DNA from: Candidatus Poribacteria bacterium
Lineage (GTDB): Bacteria > Poribacteria > WGA-4E > WGA-3G
Assembly (NCBI GenBank): GCA_964291315.2
Contig: OZ219753.1
Span: forward strand, 1,536,001-1,600,000
Direction: 5' to 3'
Length of the DNA: 64,000 nt
Shown here: positions 1-9,969 of the stretch, in pieces
Layout of the letters: each line of letters opens with the position of its first letter
How positions within the stretch are numbered: the stretch's first letter is position 1
Made by a program: the position numbers and the translations under genes
Notes under the pieces: model-generated
Database searches by the model: none
What the model saw: only the letters and a program-made list of their open reading frames with translations
What the model was told of the DNA's origin: nothing

Positions 1-124
1 AGTATATCATATATATTGGTTTTTGTCAGTATCTTTTTGAAAGGATAGGAGCTATCGCTTGACAAACCTCACACCAATATCATCTAAATTGTCCAAATTT
101 TAATATTTCGAGATCTTTTATTTT

Positions 125-1429
125 TTAGATAGGTCCTTTCGCCCTGATGCCCTGCTCCTCGAGAATGGTAATAAACTCGGATTGCGAACGTGTACTTTTT
201 GTTGAGTTACATGCGTTGCAGAGGAGCTGCAGGTTTTCTGTTTTATCTGTTCCGCCTTTAGATTGTGGCATAATGTGGTCTATTGTCATATTGCGGAGCG
301 GGAAAAAATAGTGGCATCCTGCACATTTCCCCTCTTGTTTTCCGTAGAGTTCATGTTTATAGGTGTGTGCTTTGGGTAGCTGCATTTGGGCAGCGGCATC
401 TATTAAATCGGTACGTTGAGGAGGGCAGGTTCGGACGTTAATATCTTCCAGAGGGTTCCACAGGTTAGTCTGTTTATCGACTTCTTCTTGTAGTCTAATT
501 TTAGTGATAATTTCTGCGGATGGGGAGATATCTATGCCGATCCACTGCCTGCCACGTTGTTCTGCCGCAACGCAAGTCGTTGCACATCCACAAAATGGAT
601 CAAGAACAATACCGTTCTTGTTGCTAGAGGCTTCGATGATACGATGTAAAAGGGCGAGTGGTTTTTGGGTAGGCCACCCGGTGCGTTCATCATCTTTGCC
701 CTGCATCGTTAATTCTTTTTCTGTCCATAGGTTGCCGATTGCAACACCTGGGTGGGTGTCCAAGTAGACCCTCTTTACAATACCTTGCCGGTATTTTCTA
801 CCACGCGGAATTGCGTAACGCCGTCCTTTTTGATCTACATGTCTATATTCCGATGTGATGGTTTGTTCTGACAACGGGCGAAAAACAGGATTGAAATTAT
901 ATGCCTTGTCCATAGTGTAAAAGAGCAATATATCAGTTTCGGTGGTGAATTTACGTTTAGCAGTGTTCTTGTGCCCACCGTATTTTCGCCACACAATTTC
1001 ATTGCGAAAGTTCTGTTTCCCGAACAAACTATCCATCACAAGTTTCAAATAATGGGAGGCGGTGGGATCGCAGTGTAAGTAAATGGAACCTGTGGATTTC
1101 AATATCCGTTTCATTTCAAACAGCCGCACTGCCATCGCCATGAGGTATATCTTCATAGATCTGTCGTAGACTGCTTCAGACGCTTGAACGATTTGATAGA
1201 GTGCTTCGTTGTCTTCTGCGATTTCGCCATGCCATTCATATTCGATGTCTTCGTCTGTCCAGATATCTTTGAAAGATGCACCTTCTGCGGGCGAACCAAT
1301 GGAGGCTTTGTATTGCTTTTTGGAGTTAAATGGTGGATCGAGGTATATCAAGTCAATGCAATCGGAGTTGATACCGCGTAGGATATCGAGATTATCGGCG
1401 ATGAAAAGGGTTCGGTTCTTGATGTTCAT
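125..1429 (-). CDS. Beta-class amino-DNA methyltransferase fused to a C-terminal HNH endonuclease domain
   Basis: Motif IV DPPF near the N-terminus, then GSIYLHCD, PTQKP and motif I DPFCGCATT. The C-terminus CAGC...IDHIMPQSKGG...NLQLLCNACN is a zinc-binding HNH. Start set at ATG 1429 (MNIKNRTLF); the ORF extends to GTG 1453. Confidence 0.88.
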   Translation of the reverse strand: MNIKNRTLFIADNLDILRGINSDCIDLIYLDPPFNSKKQYKASIGSPAEGASFKDIWTDEDIEYEWHGEIAEDNEALYQIVQASEAVYDRSMKIYLMAMAVRLFEMKRILKSTGSIYLHCDPTASHYLKLVMDSLFGKQNFRNEIVWRKYGGHKNTAKRKFTTETDILLFYTMDKAYNFNPVFRPLSEQTITSEYRHVDQKGRRYAIPRGRKYRQGIVKRVYLDTHPGVAIGNLWTEKELTMQGKDDERTGWPTQKPLALLHRIIEASSNKNGIVLDPFCGCATTCVAAEQRGRQWIGIDISPSAEIITKIRLQEEVDKQTNLWNPLEDINVRTCPPQRTDLIDAAAQMQLPKAHTYKHELYGKQEGKCAGCHYFFPLRNMTIDHIMPQSKGGTDKTENLQLLCNACNSTKSTRSQSEFITILEEQGIRAKGPI

Positions 1430-1609
1430 TGGTCTATTTGGTTTGCTTCCCACCTTGTTCCATCTTTGACCTCGTTATTAAAACGGTGTTCACCTGAATA
1501 CGCAGCATAAACCCTATCTAAAATTTAGGTTACGAAATAGCACCGCGCAAATGAACCCTACAGTGGGGGCAGAAAGCCGAAAACCTAAAATTTCAGAGTG
1601 CTACGCCCG

Positions 1610-2806
1610 TTACCGATCTAATTCTCCTGCGATAATGTTCAGACTCCCTAAAACGGCCACGGTATCCGAGACCATTCCACCCTCTAACATGTGGGGTAGG
1701 GCTTGGAAGTGCAAGAAACTCGGCGGACGGATCCGGATACGATAACCGGTTCCGCTTCCATCACTGACAATGTAAAATCCTAGTTCTCCGTTTGGGGATT
1801 CCGTGGCGCAATAGTGATCACCTTTTGGCACTTCCACTCCGTGCCCATCCATAATCACTTTAAAGTGATGGATTAACCCCTCAATATGCCCATAAGCGTC
1901 CGGTTTGTTCGGAAGCATAATTTTGTTATTTTCCAAGTTGACGGGGCCATCAGGCATATTATCAAGCACCTGTTTAATGATACCGCAGCTCTGAATCATC
2001 TCCTCCATCCGAACGAGATAGCGATCGTAGGCATCGCCGTTGGTTCCGACCGGCACATTGAATGTCACTTCATCATAACTCGAGTAGGGCTCAGCCTGCC
2101 GAAGATCGTGCGCGACACCGGTGGCGCGGAGACAGGGACCCGTCAAACCGTAGTCTATGGCATCCTCACTTGAGATGGAACCAACGTTTTTTGTGCGATC
2201 CATCCAGATCCGGTTCCGGGTGAGGAGCGTGTGGGTTTCCTTCAACGCTTTCGGGAAGTTAGTGATGAATTGCCGAACATCTTCCTCGCAGCCTTGATAG
2301 AGGTCGCGGAGGACACCGCCCACACGCGTATAACTGGTTGTCAACCGGGCACCTGTTGTCTTCTCAAAAATGCTGTACAATTTTTCACGTTCACGGAAAC
2401 TATAAAGGAATACTGAAAATGCCCCTAAGTCAAGTGCTGCAGTCCCCAGCCACAGCAGATGGTCTGCCACTCTTGAAAGCTCTGCCATTAATATACGGAT
2501 ATATTGGCACCTTTTCGGTACCTCGATGCCGAGCAGCTGCTCAACTGCAAGCACGTAGCCGAAGTTGTTTGACAACGGTGACAGATAGTTCATCCTGTCT
2601 GTCACAACAATGTATTGGTTGTAATCTAGGTGTTCACCGAGTTTCTCAAACCCTGTGTGAAGGTAGCCCGCGTGCGGCGTTGCCTTCAAAATGGATTCAC
2701 CGTCGAGCTCTAACACGATGCGAAGGGTGCCGTGCGTTGCAGGATGCTGCGGACCGAAGTTGAGAACCATCTTTTCGCCTGCGGCGTGTTCCAGTCCACT
2801 TTGCAT
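1610..2806 (-). CDS. nuoD: NADH-quinone oxidoreductase subunit D
   Basis: NFGPQHPATHGTLR, DRMNYLS, ESPNGELG and C-terminal GELDR motifs; follows nuoABC. Confidence 0.97.
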   Translation of the reverse strand: MQSGLEHAAGEKMVLNFGPQHPATHGTLRIVLELDGESILKATPHAGYLHTGFEKLGEHLDYNQYIVVTDRMNYLSPLSNNFGYVLAVEQLLGIEVPKRCQYIRILMAELSRVADHLLWLGTAALDLGAFSVFLYSFREREKLYSIFEKTTGARLTTSYTRVGGVLRDLYQGCEEDVRQFITNFPKALKETHTLLTRNRIWMDRTKNVGSISSEDAIDYGLTGPCLRATGVAHDLRQAEPYSSYDEVTFNVPVGTNGDAYDRYLVRMEEMIQSCGIIKQVLDNMPDGPVNLENNKIMLPNKPDAYGHIEGLIHHFKVIMDGHGVEVPKGDHYCATESPNGELGFYIVSDGSGTGYRIRIRPPSFLHFQALPHMLEGGMVSDTVAVLGSLNIIAGELDR

Positions 2807-2898
2807 AGAAGACTCCTTTTCTTTGTATTTTAGTTTAAGAGATACATGCGCTTTTCTGTGTCCATTGTCATAACAGTGGAGCGGCGTCCGGCGGCATT

Positions 2899-3447
2899 TT
2901 AAACGTTCTGCTTGTCAAAATTAAACCGTTCGCGTTCACCACGTCCCCGAAGCGGGTAGTCTTTACGAAGCGGATACCCTTCGAAATCGTCTGGCATTAA
3001 GATCCGACGGAGATCCGGGTGACCCTCAAAATGGATACCAAACATGTCATATGTTTCACGTTCCAACCAATTCGCCCCGCGCCATAACTCTGTAACGGAG
3101 CGGATACGCAAGTCATTTTCATGCACAGGCACCTTGACCCGAACGCGACCCAGTCCTTTGTAGGAATAGAGTTGGTAGACCACCATGAATCTTGCATAGT
3201 CAAACCGTATTAACTCCGATTCCATCTCCGCGTTGTCCACTGCTGTGACATCAACTAGGTAGGTATAGGCAAGCTCTGGCTCTGTTTTGAGATATGCTAA
3301 AAGCGAGTAAGCTTGTTCCTTACGCACAACAACGACAGCTGTCCCACGGACCTCTTCTTGTACTAACAGGGCATCTGCATAATCCGCCTCTAATTTTTCA
3401 AGCACAAGAGGTTTCGACTGTTCTTCGCCTGCGTTCTCTTCATTCAT
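2899..3447 (-). CDS. nuoC: NADH-quinone oxidoreductase subunit C
   Basis: [28 protein letters not shown]...YPLRKDYP signature. Confidence 0.96.
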   Translation of the reverse strand: MNEENAGEEQSKPLVLEKLEADYADALLVQEEVRGTAVVVVRKEQAYSLLAYLKTEPELAYTYLVDVTAVDNAEMESELIRFDYARFMVVYQLYSYKGLGRVRVKVPVHENDLRIRSVTELWRGANWLERETYDMFGIHFEGHPDLRRILMPDDFEGYPLRKDYPLRGRGERERFNFDKQNV

Positions 3448-3949
3448 AAACGGTTCCCTCTACTCCTTTAGGTAAAGCACCACTGTTAATTTTTTGCTGC
3501 ACCTGTAGCACTCCATCGATGAGGTCTTCAGGACGTGGTGGGCATCCGGGAATATAGATATCCACCGGAATGAATTGGTCAACGCCTTGAATAAGCGTAT
3601 AGGTATCAAATACACCGCCACAGGAAGCACACGCCCCCATCGAAATCACCCACTTCGGATCTGGCATTTGGTCGTAGATCCGTTTCAAAACCGGCATCAT
3701 TTTGATGGAGATTCTGCCGGAGACAATCAGCAGATCCGATTGGCGCGGTGAAAAGCGGATCGCCTCAGAGCCAAACCGAGAAAGGTCAAATTTAGACGCT
3801 AAAGTCGCCATCATCTCAATCGCGCAGCAGGCCGTACCAAACGGCATGGGCCACAAGGAATTCTTTCGTCCCCAATTCACAACCTTATCAATAGTTGTTG
3901 TGATGATGTTGCTGTCCTGGCCCGTTCCTGCTCCAAAGTCTAATCCCAT
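3440..3949 (-). CDS. nuoB: NADH-quinone oxidoreductase subunit B
   Basis: ACCAIEM, SPRQSD, MGACA and IPGCPPRPE motifs; ATG at 3949 overlaps the nuoA stop. Confidence 0.97.
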   Translation of the reverse strand: MGLDFGAGTGQDSNIITTTIDKVVNWGRKNSLWPMPFGTACCAIEMMATLASKFDLSRFGSEAIRFSPRQSDLLIVSGRISIKMMPVLKRIYDQMPDPKWVISMGACASCGGVFDTYTLIQGVDQFIPVDIYIPGCPPRPEDLIDGVLQVQQKINSGALPKGVEGTVYE

Positions 3950-4308
3950 GTTAAGCCTCCTTTCTTCCAAGCGTAGATATAACCGAGAAGAAGAATACCG
4001 ATAAACACCAGCATTTCAAGTAAAATAAACAAACCACTCGTTTCAGAGAATTTCTTGAATACCATAGCCCAAGGATAGAGAAATATCACTTCAATATCGA
4101 AGATGATAAAGAGCATAGCGATGAGATCAAAGCGGATGTTGAACCGCTGTCTCGCATCGCCAACCGGGCGGACACCCGATTCATACACGGAGAGTTTTAC
4201 GCGATTCGGGCGTTTGGGACCAAGAATGTGAGTCAAACCGAGATTAATCGCAGCAAAAATAACCGCGAATAGCCCTAATAACAAAATCGGAAGATAATCT
4301 ATTAACAT
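3940..4308 (-). CDS. nuoA: NADH-quinone oxidoreductase subunit A
   Basis: Three hydrophobic helices; YESG, FDIEVIFLYPW and WKKGGLTW motifs. Confidence 0.96.
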   Translation of the reverse strand: MLIDYLPILLLGLFAVIFAAINLGLTHILGPKRPNRVKLSVYESGVRPVGDARQRFNIRFDLIAMLFIIFDIEVIFLYPWAMVFKKFSETSGLFILLEMLVFIGILLLGYIYAWKKGGLTWD

Positions 4309-4469
4309 TGTTTCTAATCTATTTCGTCCTCGAGCGTCTTAATATTGAGTTACGCACTTCCTCAAGTCGACAGATTAATTCGATCCCAAAGGAAGACACC
4401 TTAATCCATTTAGTAGTATAGTTTCTCATATTTCGAAAAGAATGTCAAGTTTTTTTGGAAAAAAGTAAG

Positions 4470-4498
4470 TTGATCTGTTTTCGTAAATCTGTTATTCT
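4470..4498 (+). promoter_or_regulatory. Putative sigma70 promoter giving a leaderless transcript of the Type ISP-like gene
   Basis: TTGATC (4470-4475), 17 bp, TATTCT (4493-4498) with an extended -10 TG; ATG 6 nt further on and no Shine-Dalgarno. Confidence 0.5.
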
Positions 4499-4504
4499 AC
4501 CTTC

Positions 4505-7500
4505 ATGCAAAAATTTAGTCTCAAATCCACCCACAAGTCGATCCGCGACTATTATGCCACGCTGCAGGCATACAACCAGCACGACATCAGACATGAAGGC
4601 GCGGTGAGCTCTTCCTTCGAGGCACTCCTGCACGCCTGCGCGAAGCAGATGAAAGCGACGCTCATCCCGCAATATCAGATGCACGCCCCCAACGGAAACC
4701 GCATCGTTATTGACGGCGCAATCTTGGATGAATATAGCCTGCCGCTCGCCTACTGGGAGGCAAAAGATATTGATGACGATCTCACGAAGGCTGTTGAAGA
4801 AAAACGCGCGGCGGGGTATCCGCTAGACAACATCGTGTTCCAGAACCCACAGCGTGCGATTGTCTATCAGAACGGACGGGTCGCCTTAGACAGCGATAGC
4901 CGCAAGGCTGCAGGACTGATCGCCGCTCTTGAATGTCTGTTCGCTTATCTTCCGCCGGCATTGGAAAATTGGCAGTCGGCTGTAAAAGACTTCAAAGAAC
5001 ATGTGCCGGCCCTGGCAAGCGAGTTGAAAGAGCTCATTGAGCAGCGACACGCGGTGGATACGGCATTCCAAACGGCGTTCGCTAACTTCTATGAGACCTG
5101 CCGCACGACGATCAACCCCGAGCTCTCACAGGAGGCGGTTGAGGAGATGCTGATCCAACACATCCTCACCGAACGGATCTTCCGAACGGTTTTCAACCGC
5201 TCCGACTTTACGAGCCGGAACATTATCGCTGTTGAGATAGAGAATGTGAGTAGTGCGCTGATGCGGCAGGCGATGAGTCGAGATGTGTTTCTGGCGCCCT
5301 TAGATCGTTTCTATATCGCTATTGAACAGGCAGCACTATTCTGCAAAGACTTCTCACAGAAGCAGAGCTTCCTCAACAGCTTCTATGAGAAGTTTTTTCA
5401 AGGGTTCTCGGAGGATGTAGCGGACACACACGGCATTGTCTATACACCGCAGCCGATCGTGAATTTCATGGTCAACAGCGTGCAACATCTATTAGAGACC
5501 GAGTTTGATCGTTCGCTGTCGGACACGGGCGTGCATATCATAGACCCGTTTGTCGGCACGGGCAACTTCATCGTCCGACTGATGCAGGACATCCAAGGCA
5601 CGGCACTCGAGGCGAAATACCGCGAGGAGCTGCACTGTAACGAAGTGATGCTGTTGCCCTACTACATTGCTAGCCTGAACATCGAGCAGGAATACTTCCG
5701 TCGGACTGGTGCGTATCTGCCGTTTGAGGGGATCGTGCTGGCGGATACATTTGAGCTGCTTGAACAAGAGCAGGGACAGCTCTTCACGCGTGAAAACACG
5801 GAGCGGGTGCAGGAGCAGAAGGCGGCGGACATGTTCGTGGTGATCGGCAATCCCCCCTACAACGCCGGGCAGGTCAATGAGAACGACAACAACAAGAACC
5901 GGAAGTATCCACTTATGAACGCGCGGGTTGCGGAGACGTATGTGAAAGACTCCACAGCCACGTTGCGGAATAAACTCTACGATCCGTATGTGAAGGCGAT
6001 CCGCTGGGCATCGGATAGAATTGGAGAGGAAGGCGTTGTGGCTCTGATAACAAATAACAGTTTTCTCGACGGGATTGGGTTTGACGGTATGCGAAATCAC
6101 CTTGCGAAAGATTTCCATGCAATCTATGCTCTCGACTTAGGCGGAAATGCCCGGAAGGGATTAAAGGTCTCTCATGCGAATGTGTTCGGCATTCGGGTAG
6201 GGGTGAGTATCAACCTATTCGTGAAAAACAGAGAGCGTTCATCAGGGCAACCGTGCATCTATTACTATCGCACGGATGAGATGTGGAATAGAGAGCAGAA
6301 GTTCGAGTTCCTGAATAAATGCCGGCATGTGGGCGGGGTTGCGTGGCAGCCGGTTGCACCCGACGCGCGCCACACATGGCTCACGACAGGGCTCCGTCCC
6401 GAATTTGAGACCTTTCTTCCGATGGGCACCAAGGTAGCAAAGGCAAAAAGAGGGGCTGCAACAGAAGTACTTTTCAAAACCTATAGCAACGGCGTGAAGA
6501 CGAATCGTGATGCATGGACTTACAATTTTAACCGAAACGCACTCGTTGAAAATATAAGTCGGATGATTGAGACTTACAACGCAGAAGTGGCGCGCTGGAC
6601 ACAACGGAGAAATAGAGAGGTGCCCGTTGATAATTTTGTGGTATATGACGATACAAAAATCAAGTGGAGTCGGGATTTAAAAGCGAAATTGAAACGAGGA
6701 ACAGTTGCCAAATATGCGGATCACAAGGTGAGGACCTCCCTCTATCGCCCTTTTACGAAATCCAACCTCTACTTCGACCGAACTATGAACGATGTCGTAT
6801 CCCTATTTCCATCTATCTTCCCTACCCTAGAGACTGAATCAGAAAATCGGGTCATTTGTGTCAACGTGACGCTAGAAAAACCCTTTACTTGTTTGATGAC
6901 TGCTTGTATTCCTGATTTTGTAGTAACGGGCGGGTTTGGATCACCAACTCAAAGTTTCCCCTTCTACACCTATGACGAAGACGGCACAAACCGCCGCGAA
7001 AATATCACCGACTGGGCATTGACAGAATTCCGCTCTCACTACAAAGACGATAGCATTAGCAAGTGGGACATCTTCCACTATGCCTATGGGCTCCTGCACC
7101 ATCCCGACTACCGAGAGAAATATGAGGCGAACTTGAAGCGCGATCTGCCGCATATCCCCTTCGCCACAGACTTCTGGGCGTTCGCTACCGCAGGCGTAAA
7201 GCTCGCAGAGCTCCACGTCAATTACGAAACCGCACAGCAGTTCCCGTTGAAATACAGAGAAACGCCCGACACGCCGATAGACTGGCGCGTGGAGAAGATG
7301 AAGTTGTCTAAAGACAAAACACAGTTGAAATATAACGAGTTCTTGACGTTAGACGGCATCCCAGCGGAGGTGTTTGCATATCGGTTAGGCACTCGTTCAG
7401 CGTTGGAATGGGTGATAGATCAGTATCGTGTGAAGACGCACAAGCGGAGCCGGTTGGTTACCGATCCGAATTGTGCGGATGCGCCGCGGTATATTGTGGA

Positions 7501-7570
7501 TTTAGTGGCGCGGGTTATCACTGTCAGTCTAAAGACGGTGGAGATTGTTAAGAATTTGCCGGAACTTTAA
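4505..7570 (+). CDS. Single-polypeptide restriction-modification enzyme, Type ISP/IIL-like (PD-(D/E)xK nuclease, gamma-class N6A MTase, Type ISP C-terminal specificity domain; no helicase), copy A
   Basis: N-terminal IDG...YWEAK; GIVYTP, DPFVGTG and GNPPY; ISP-type TRD motifs GVKTNRDAW, YRPF, DIFHYAYGLLH and SALEWVIDQY. Confidence 0.88.
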   Translation: MQKFSLKSTHKSIRDYYATLQAYNQHDIRHEGAVSSSFEALLHACAKQMKATLIPQYQMHAPNGNRIVIDGAILDEYSLPLAYWEAKDIDDDLTKAVEEKRAAGYPLDNIVFQNPQRAIVYQNGRVALDSDSRKAAGLIAALECLFAYLPPALENWQSAVKDFKEHVPALASELKELIEQRHAVDTAFQTAFANFYETCRTTINPELSQEAVEEMLIQHILTERIFRTVFNRSDFTSRNIIAVEIENVSSALMRQAMSRDVFLAPLDRFYIAIEQAALFCKDFSQKQSFLNSFYEKFFQGFSEDVADTHGIVYTPQPIVNFMVNSVQHLLETEFDRSLSDTGVHIIDPFVGTGNFIVRLMQDIQGTALEAKYREELHCNEVMLLPYYIASLNIEQEYFRRTGAYLPFEGIVLADTFELLEQEQGQLFTRENTERVQEQKAADMFVVIGNPPYNAGQVNENDNNKNRKYPLMNARVAETYVKDSTATLRNKLYDPYVKAIRWASDRIGEEGVVALITNNSFLDGIGFDGMRNHLAKDFHAIYALDLGGNARKGLKVSHANVFGIRVGVSINLFVKNRERSSGQPCIYYYRTDEMWNREQKFEFLNKCRHVGGVAWQPVAPDARHTWLTTGLRPEFETFLPMGTKVAKAKRGAATEVLFKTYSNGVKTNRDAWTYNFNRNALVENISRMIETYNAEVARWTQRRNREVPVDNFVVYDDTKIKWSRDLKAKLKRGTVAKYADHKVRTSLYRPFTKSNLYFDRTMNDVVSLFPSIFPTLETESENRVICVNVTLEKPFTCLMTACIPDFVVTGGFGSPTQSFPFYTYDEDGTNRRENITDWALTEFRSHYKDDSISKWDIFHYAYGLLHHPDYREKYEANLKRDLPHIPFATDFWAFATAGVKLAELHVNYETAQQFPLKYRETPDTPIDWRVEKMKLSKDKTQLKYNEFLTLDGIPAEVFAYRLGTRSALEWVIDQYRVKTHKRSRLVTDPNCADAPRYIVDLVARVITVSLKTVEIVKNLPEL

Positions 7571-7764
7571 CGCTCTTTGGTCAACGCCGCATGCTTTCGC
7601 TTGTCGGATGTGGGCAGAAACCAACGGTGTTATTGAAAAAACGCCTGCTGAGTTGCCGTAATTGGAGCGGTTGTCAGACCTTCTCTCAAAAGAAGGAAGC
7701 TTACTGTGAGCAAACGCAACCCCCTACCTTCACGGAGGGGTTACTATGGTCAGACATTCATTTT

Positions 7765-8412
7765 TCATGGAGCCAGACGTTGCATCCGCCATGTTCCATC
7801 GGATTGCAGTGTGTAAAGGAGTCGATCGTGAAGGCGGTTCGGGCATCCTTGCCAAAACTCAAACAGGTTCGGTTTGAGACGGTATCCGCCCCAATGAGGT
7901 GGACGCGGAACGGTGTTTTGTGAGGAATATGTTTCTCCTGCGCGCTGGAAACCTTCTATGAGATTTCCGCGACTGCTAATCACGCGGCTTTGCCGTTCCG
8001 CCCACACAGCGAGTTGGCTATTCAGAGGCCGGCTTGCAAAGTAGGTATCTGATTCCTCAGGTGTCATTTTCTCAACCATGCCGGTGCTTCGGACCTGACG
8101 GTCAAGTTCCCGCCAATAGAATACCAAGGCAGCGTTTGGGTTCTCCGCAAGTTCCCGCCCTTTTTGGCTCTCATAGTCCGTGTAGAAACCGAAACCGCTG
8201 TCGTCAAATCCCCTGAGTACGACCGTTCGGGCAGCAGGGATGCCTTGCCGGGTTGCAGTCGCTAATGTCATTGCATCTGGTAAATCAATCTCAGCAGCGA
8301 CCGCATCAGAAAACCATGCGTCGAACTGTTCAAACGGATCTGGCGCAGCCGTCTCTTCAAGCAAGTGTGCGCCTTGTGCGCTGTATTCTCTACGGAGTTT
8401 GTCAGTGTTCAT
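7765..8412 (-). CDS. pdxH: Pyridoxamine 5'-phosphate oxidase
   Basis: LRREY, AMTLAT, SQKGREL, YFASRP, RPPHWGGY, EFWQG..RLHDR and RLAP motifs. Confidence 0.95.
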   Translation of the reverse strand: MNTDKLRREYSAQGAHLLEETAAPDPFEQFDAWFSDAVAAEIDLPDAMTLATATRQGIPAARTVVLRGFDDSGFGFYTDYESQKGRELAENPNAALVFYWRELDRQVRSTGMVEKMTPEESDTYFASRPLNSQLAVWAERQSRVISSRGNLIEGFQRAGETYSSQNTVPRPPHWGGYRLKPNLFEFWQGCPNRLHDRLLYTLQSDGTWRMQRLAP

Positions 8413-8428
8413 AATGTGGGGGTGGTGT

Positions 8429-9937
8429 CTACCTTTTCCAAAAGTTTGGTGAAAAAAGAATGAGTACTGTGTAAAGTTCCAACCGCCCTAGTAACATACA
8501 GAAGGAAAGCACGTATTTTCCAGCGGTGTGAATGTGGGCGTAGTTATCGGTAGGGCCTACACTGCCGAGCCCAGGACCGATGTTCCCCATTGTCGCGATT
8601 GTTGCCCCGGCGGCGCTGACAAGGTCGAGCCCTAAAGTTGTCATAATGCAAGTTACAACCGCAAAGATCCCGATAAAGAAGAAAAAGAAACCGAGGATAT
8701 TTGTCATCACTTCGGAGGGAACGACTCGGTCGTTGATGTGGATAGGCAGCACCGCATGTGGAAAGATGAGGCGTTTGATTTCGGCCCCGCTCTGTTTGAT
8801 AAGAAGCAGAAAACGGATCTGTTTCATACCACCCCCTGTTGAACCCGCACATCCGCCGTAGAACATGAGTGTCACTAAAATGAACTGAGAGAGCCCGGGC
8901 CACTTTTCAAAATCGGCGGTCCCGTATCCCGTAGTTGTGATAATTGCGATCACCTGAAATGTAGCATAGCGCAGAGATGTCCACATGGAATCATACGGTA
9001 TGTCCCCATTTACCTGAAACCGAATGGTATTCCAACAGATTAAGGTAATACTCACAGCGATGACCGTGCAGTAGAACCTAAATTCTGTATCTCGAAAATA
9101 GGCCATGAAATCCCCTCGAAGCACCCGATAGTGAAGGGCAAAATTGGTACCCGCGAGGAACATAAAGAGGCTGATAATCATGTCAATGTAGACACTCTCA
9201 TAATGAGCGATGCTGGCGTTTTTCGTTGAGAACCCTCCGGTAGCCATTGTGCCGAAGGTGTGGCACAGGGCATCGAAGAGCGACATCCCACCAAACATCA
9301 GCAATACGGTTTCTAATAATGAGAGCAGCAGATAGACACCCCATAGGAGCTTAGCAGTCTGCGCAATGCGAGGAGTGAGCCGGTCGGTTTCCGGACCCGG
9401 TGCTTCGGCGCGAAACAACTGCATGCCCCCGATACCGAGTAGCGGGAGAATGGCAACGGCGAGAACAACGATCCCCATTCCGCCAAGCCAGTGTGAGAAG
9501 CTCCGCCAGAAGAGCATCGAGGGTGAGAGGCTTTCGATCTCTGTTAGGACGGTTGCACCGGTTGTTGAAAACCCCGCCATGGATTCAAAATAGCAGAAAG
9601 AAAACGCCACCCACGGTGAGCGTCCGGTGCTGTGAAAGACACCTGCTAAGTGGTAAGGGAGCGATCCGAAAAGCGCCACTATTACCCATCCTAGAGCCAC
9701 AACAGCGAATCCTTCACGGATGCCGAGCTCCTTCTGCGGAGATCGAAAACTGAAACGCAAGACCAGCCCGGCAATCAAGGTAATTATTAACGAGCTAATA
9801 AACGCACCCATATCGGTCTGTATGGCTTCACCGCCCCTCGTATGATAGTAGAGCCCCACAGCCAAGGGGCATAGCATCGTCCCCGCAAGACAAATAAGCA
9901 AATTACCGAGGGTGTAAAATATTAATTTAAGACTCAT
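8429..9937 (-). CDS. trkH: Trk potassium uptake membrane subunit
   Basis: Pore loops FESMAGFSTTGA, TMATGGFS, TTTGY and NIGPG; GSTGGG and LGRLE motifs. Confidence 0.95.
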   Translation of the reverse strand: MSLKLIFYTLGNLLICLAGTMLCPLAVGLYYHTRGGEAIQTDMGAFISSLIITLIAGLVLRFSFRSPQKELGIREGFAVVALGWVIVALFGSLPYHLAGVFHSTGRSPWVAFSFCYFESMAGFSTTGATVLTEIESLSPSMLFWRSFSHWLGGMGIVVLAVAILPLLGIGGMQLFRAEAPGPETDRLTPRIAQTAKLLWGVYLLLSLLETVLLMFGGMSLFDALCHTFGTMATGGFSTKNASIAHYESVYIDMIISLFMFLAGTNFALHYRVLRGDFMAYFRDTEFRFYCTVIAVSITLICWNTIRFQVNGDIPYDSMWTSLRYATFQVIAIITTTGYGTADFEKWPGLSQFILVTLMFYGGCAGSTGGGMKQIRFLLLIKQSGAEIKRLIFPHAVLPIHINDRVVPSEVMTNILGFFFFFIGIFAVVTCIMTTLGLDLVSAAGATIATMGNIGPGLGSVGPTDNYAHIHTAGKYVLSFCMLLGRLELYTVLILFSPNFWKR

Positions 9938-9969
9938 AACATGGAAGAAACGTCAAATGATATGTGCTT

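Noticed and set aside
4479-4487. YTCGTARA motif at several R-M gene boundaries (upstream of both ISP-like genes and at the stops of both tandem MTases) as a recombination site
   Set aside because: The four occurrences reduce to two independent ones because each pair arose by duplication, and two include stop codons; there is no attC-like structure or recombinase.
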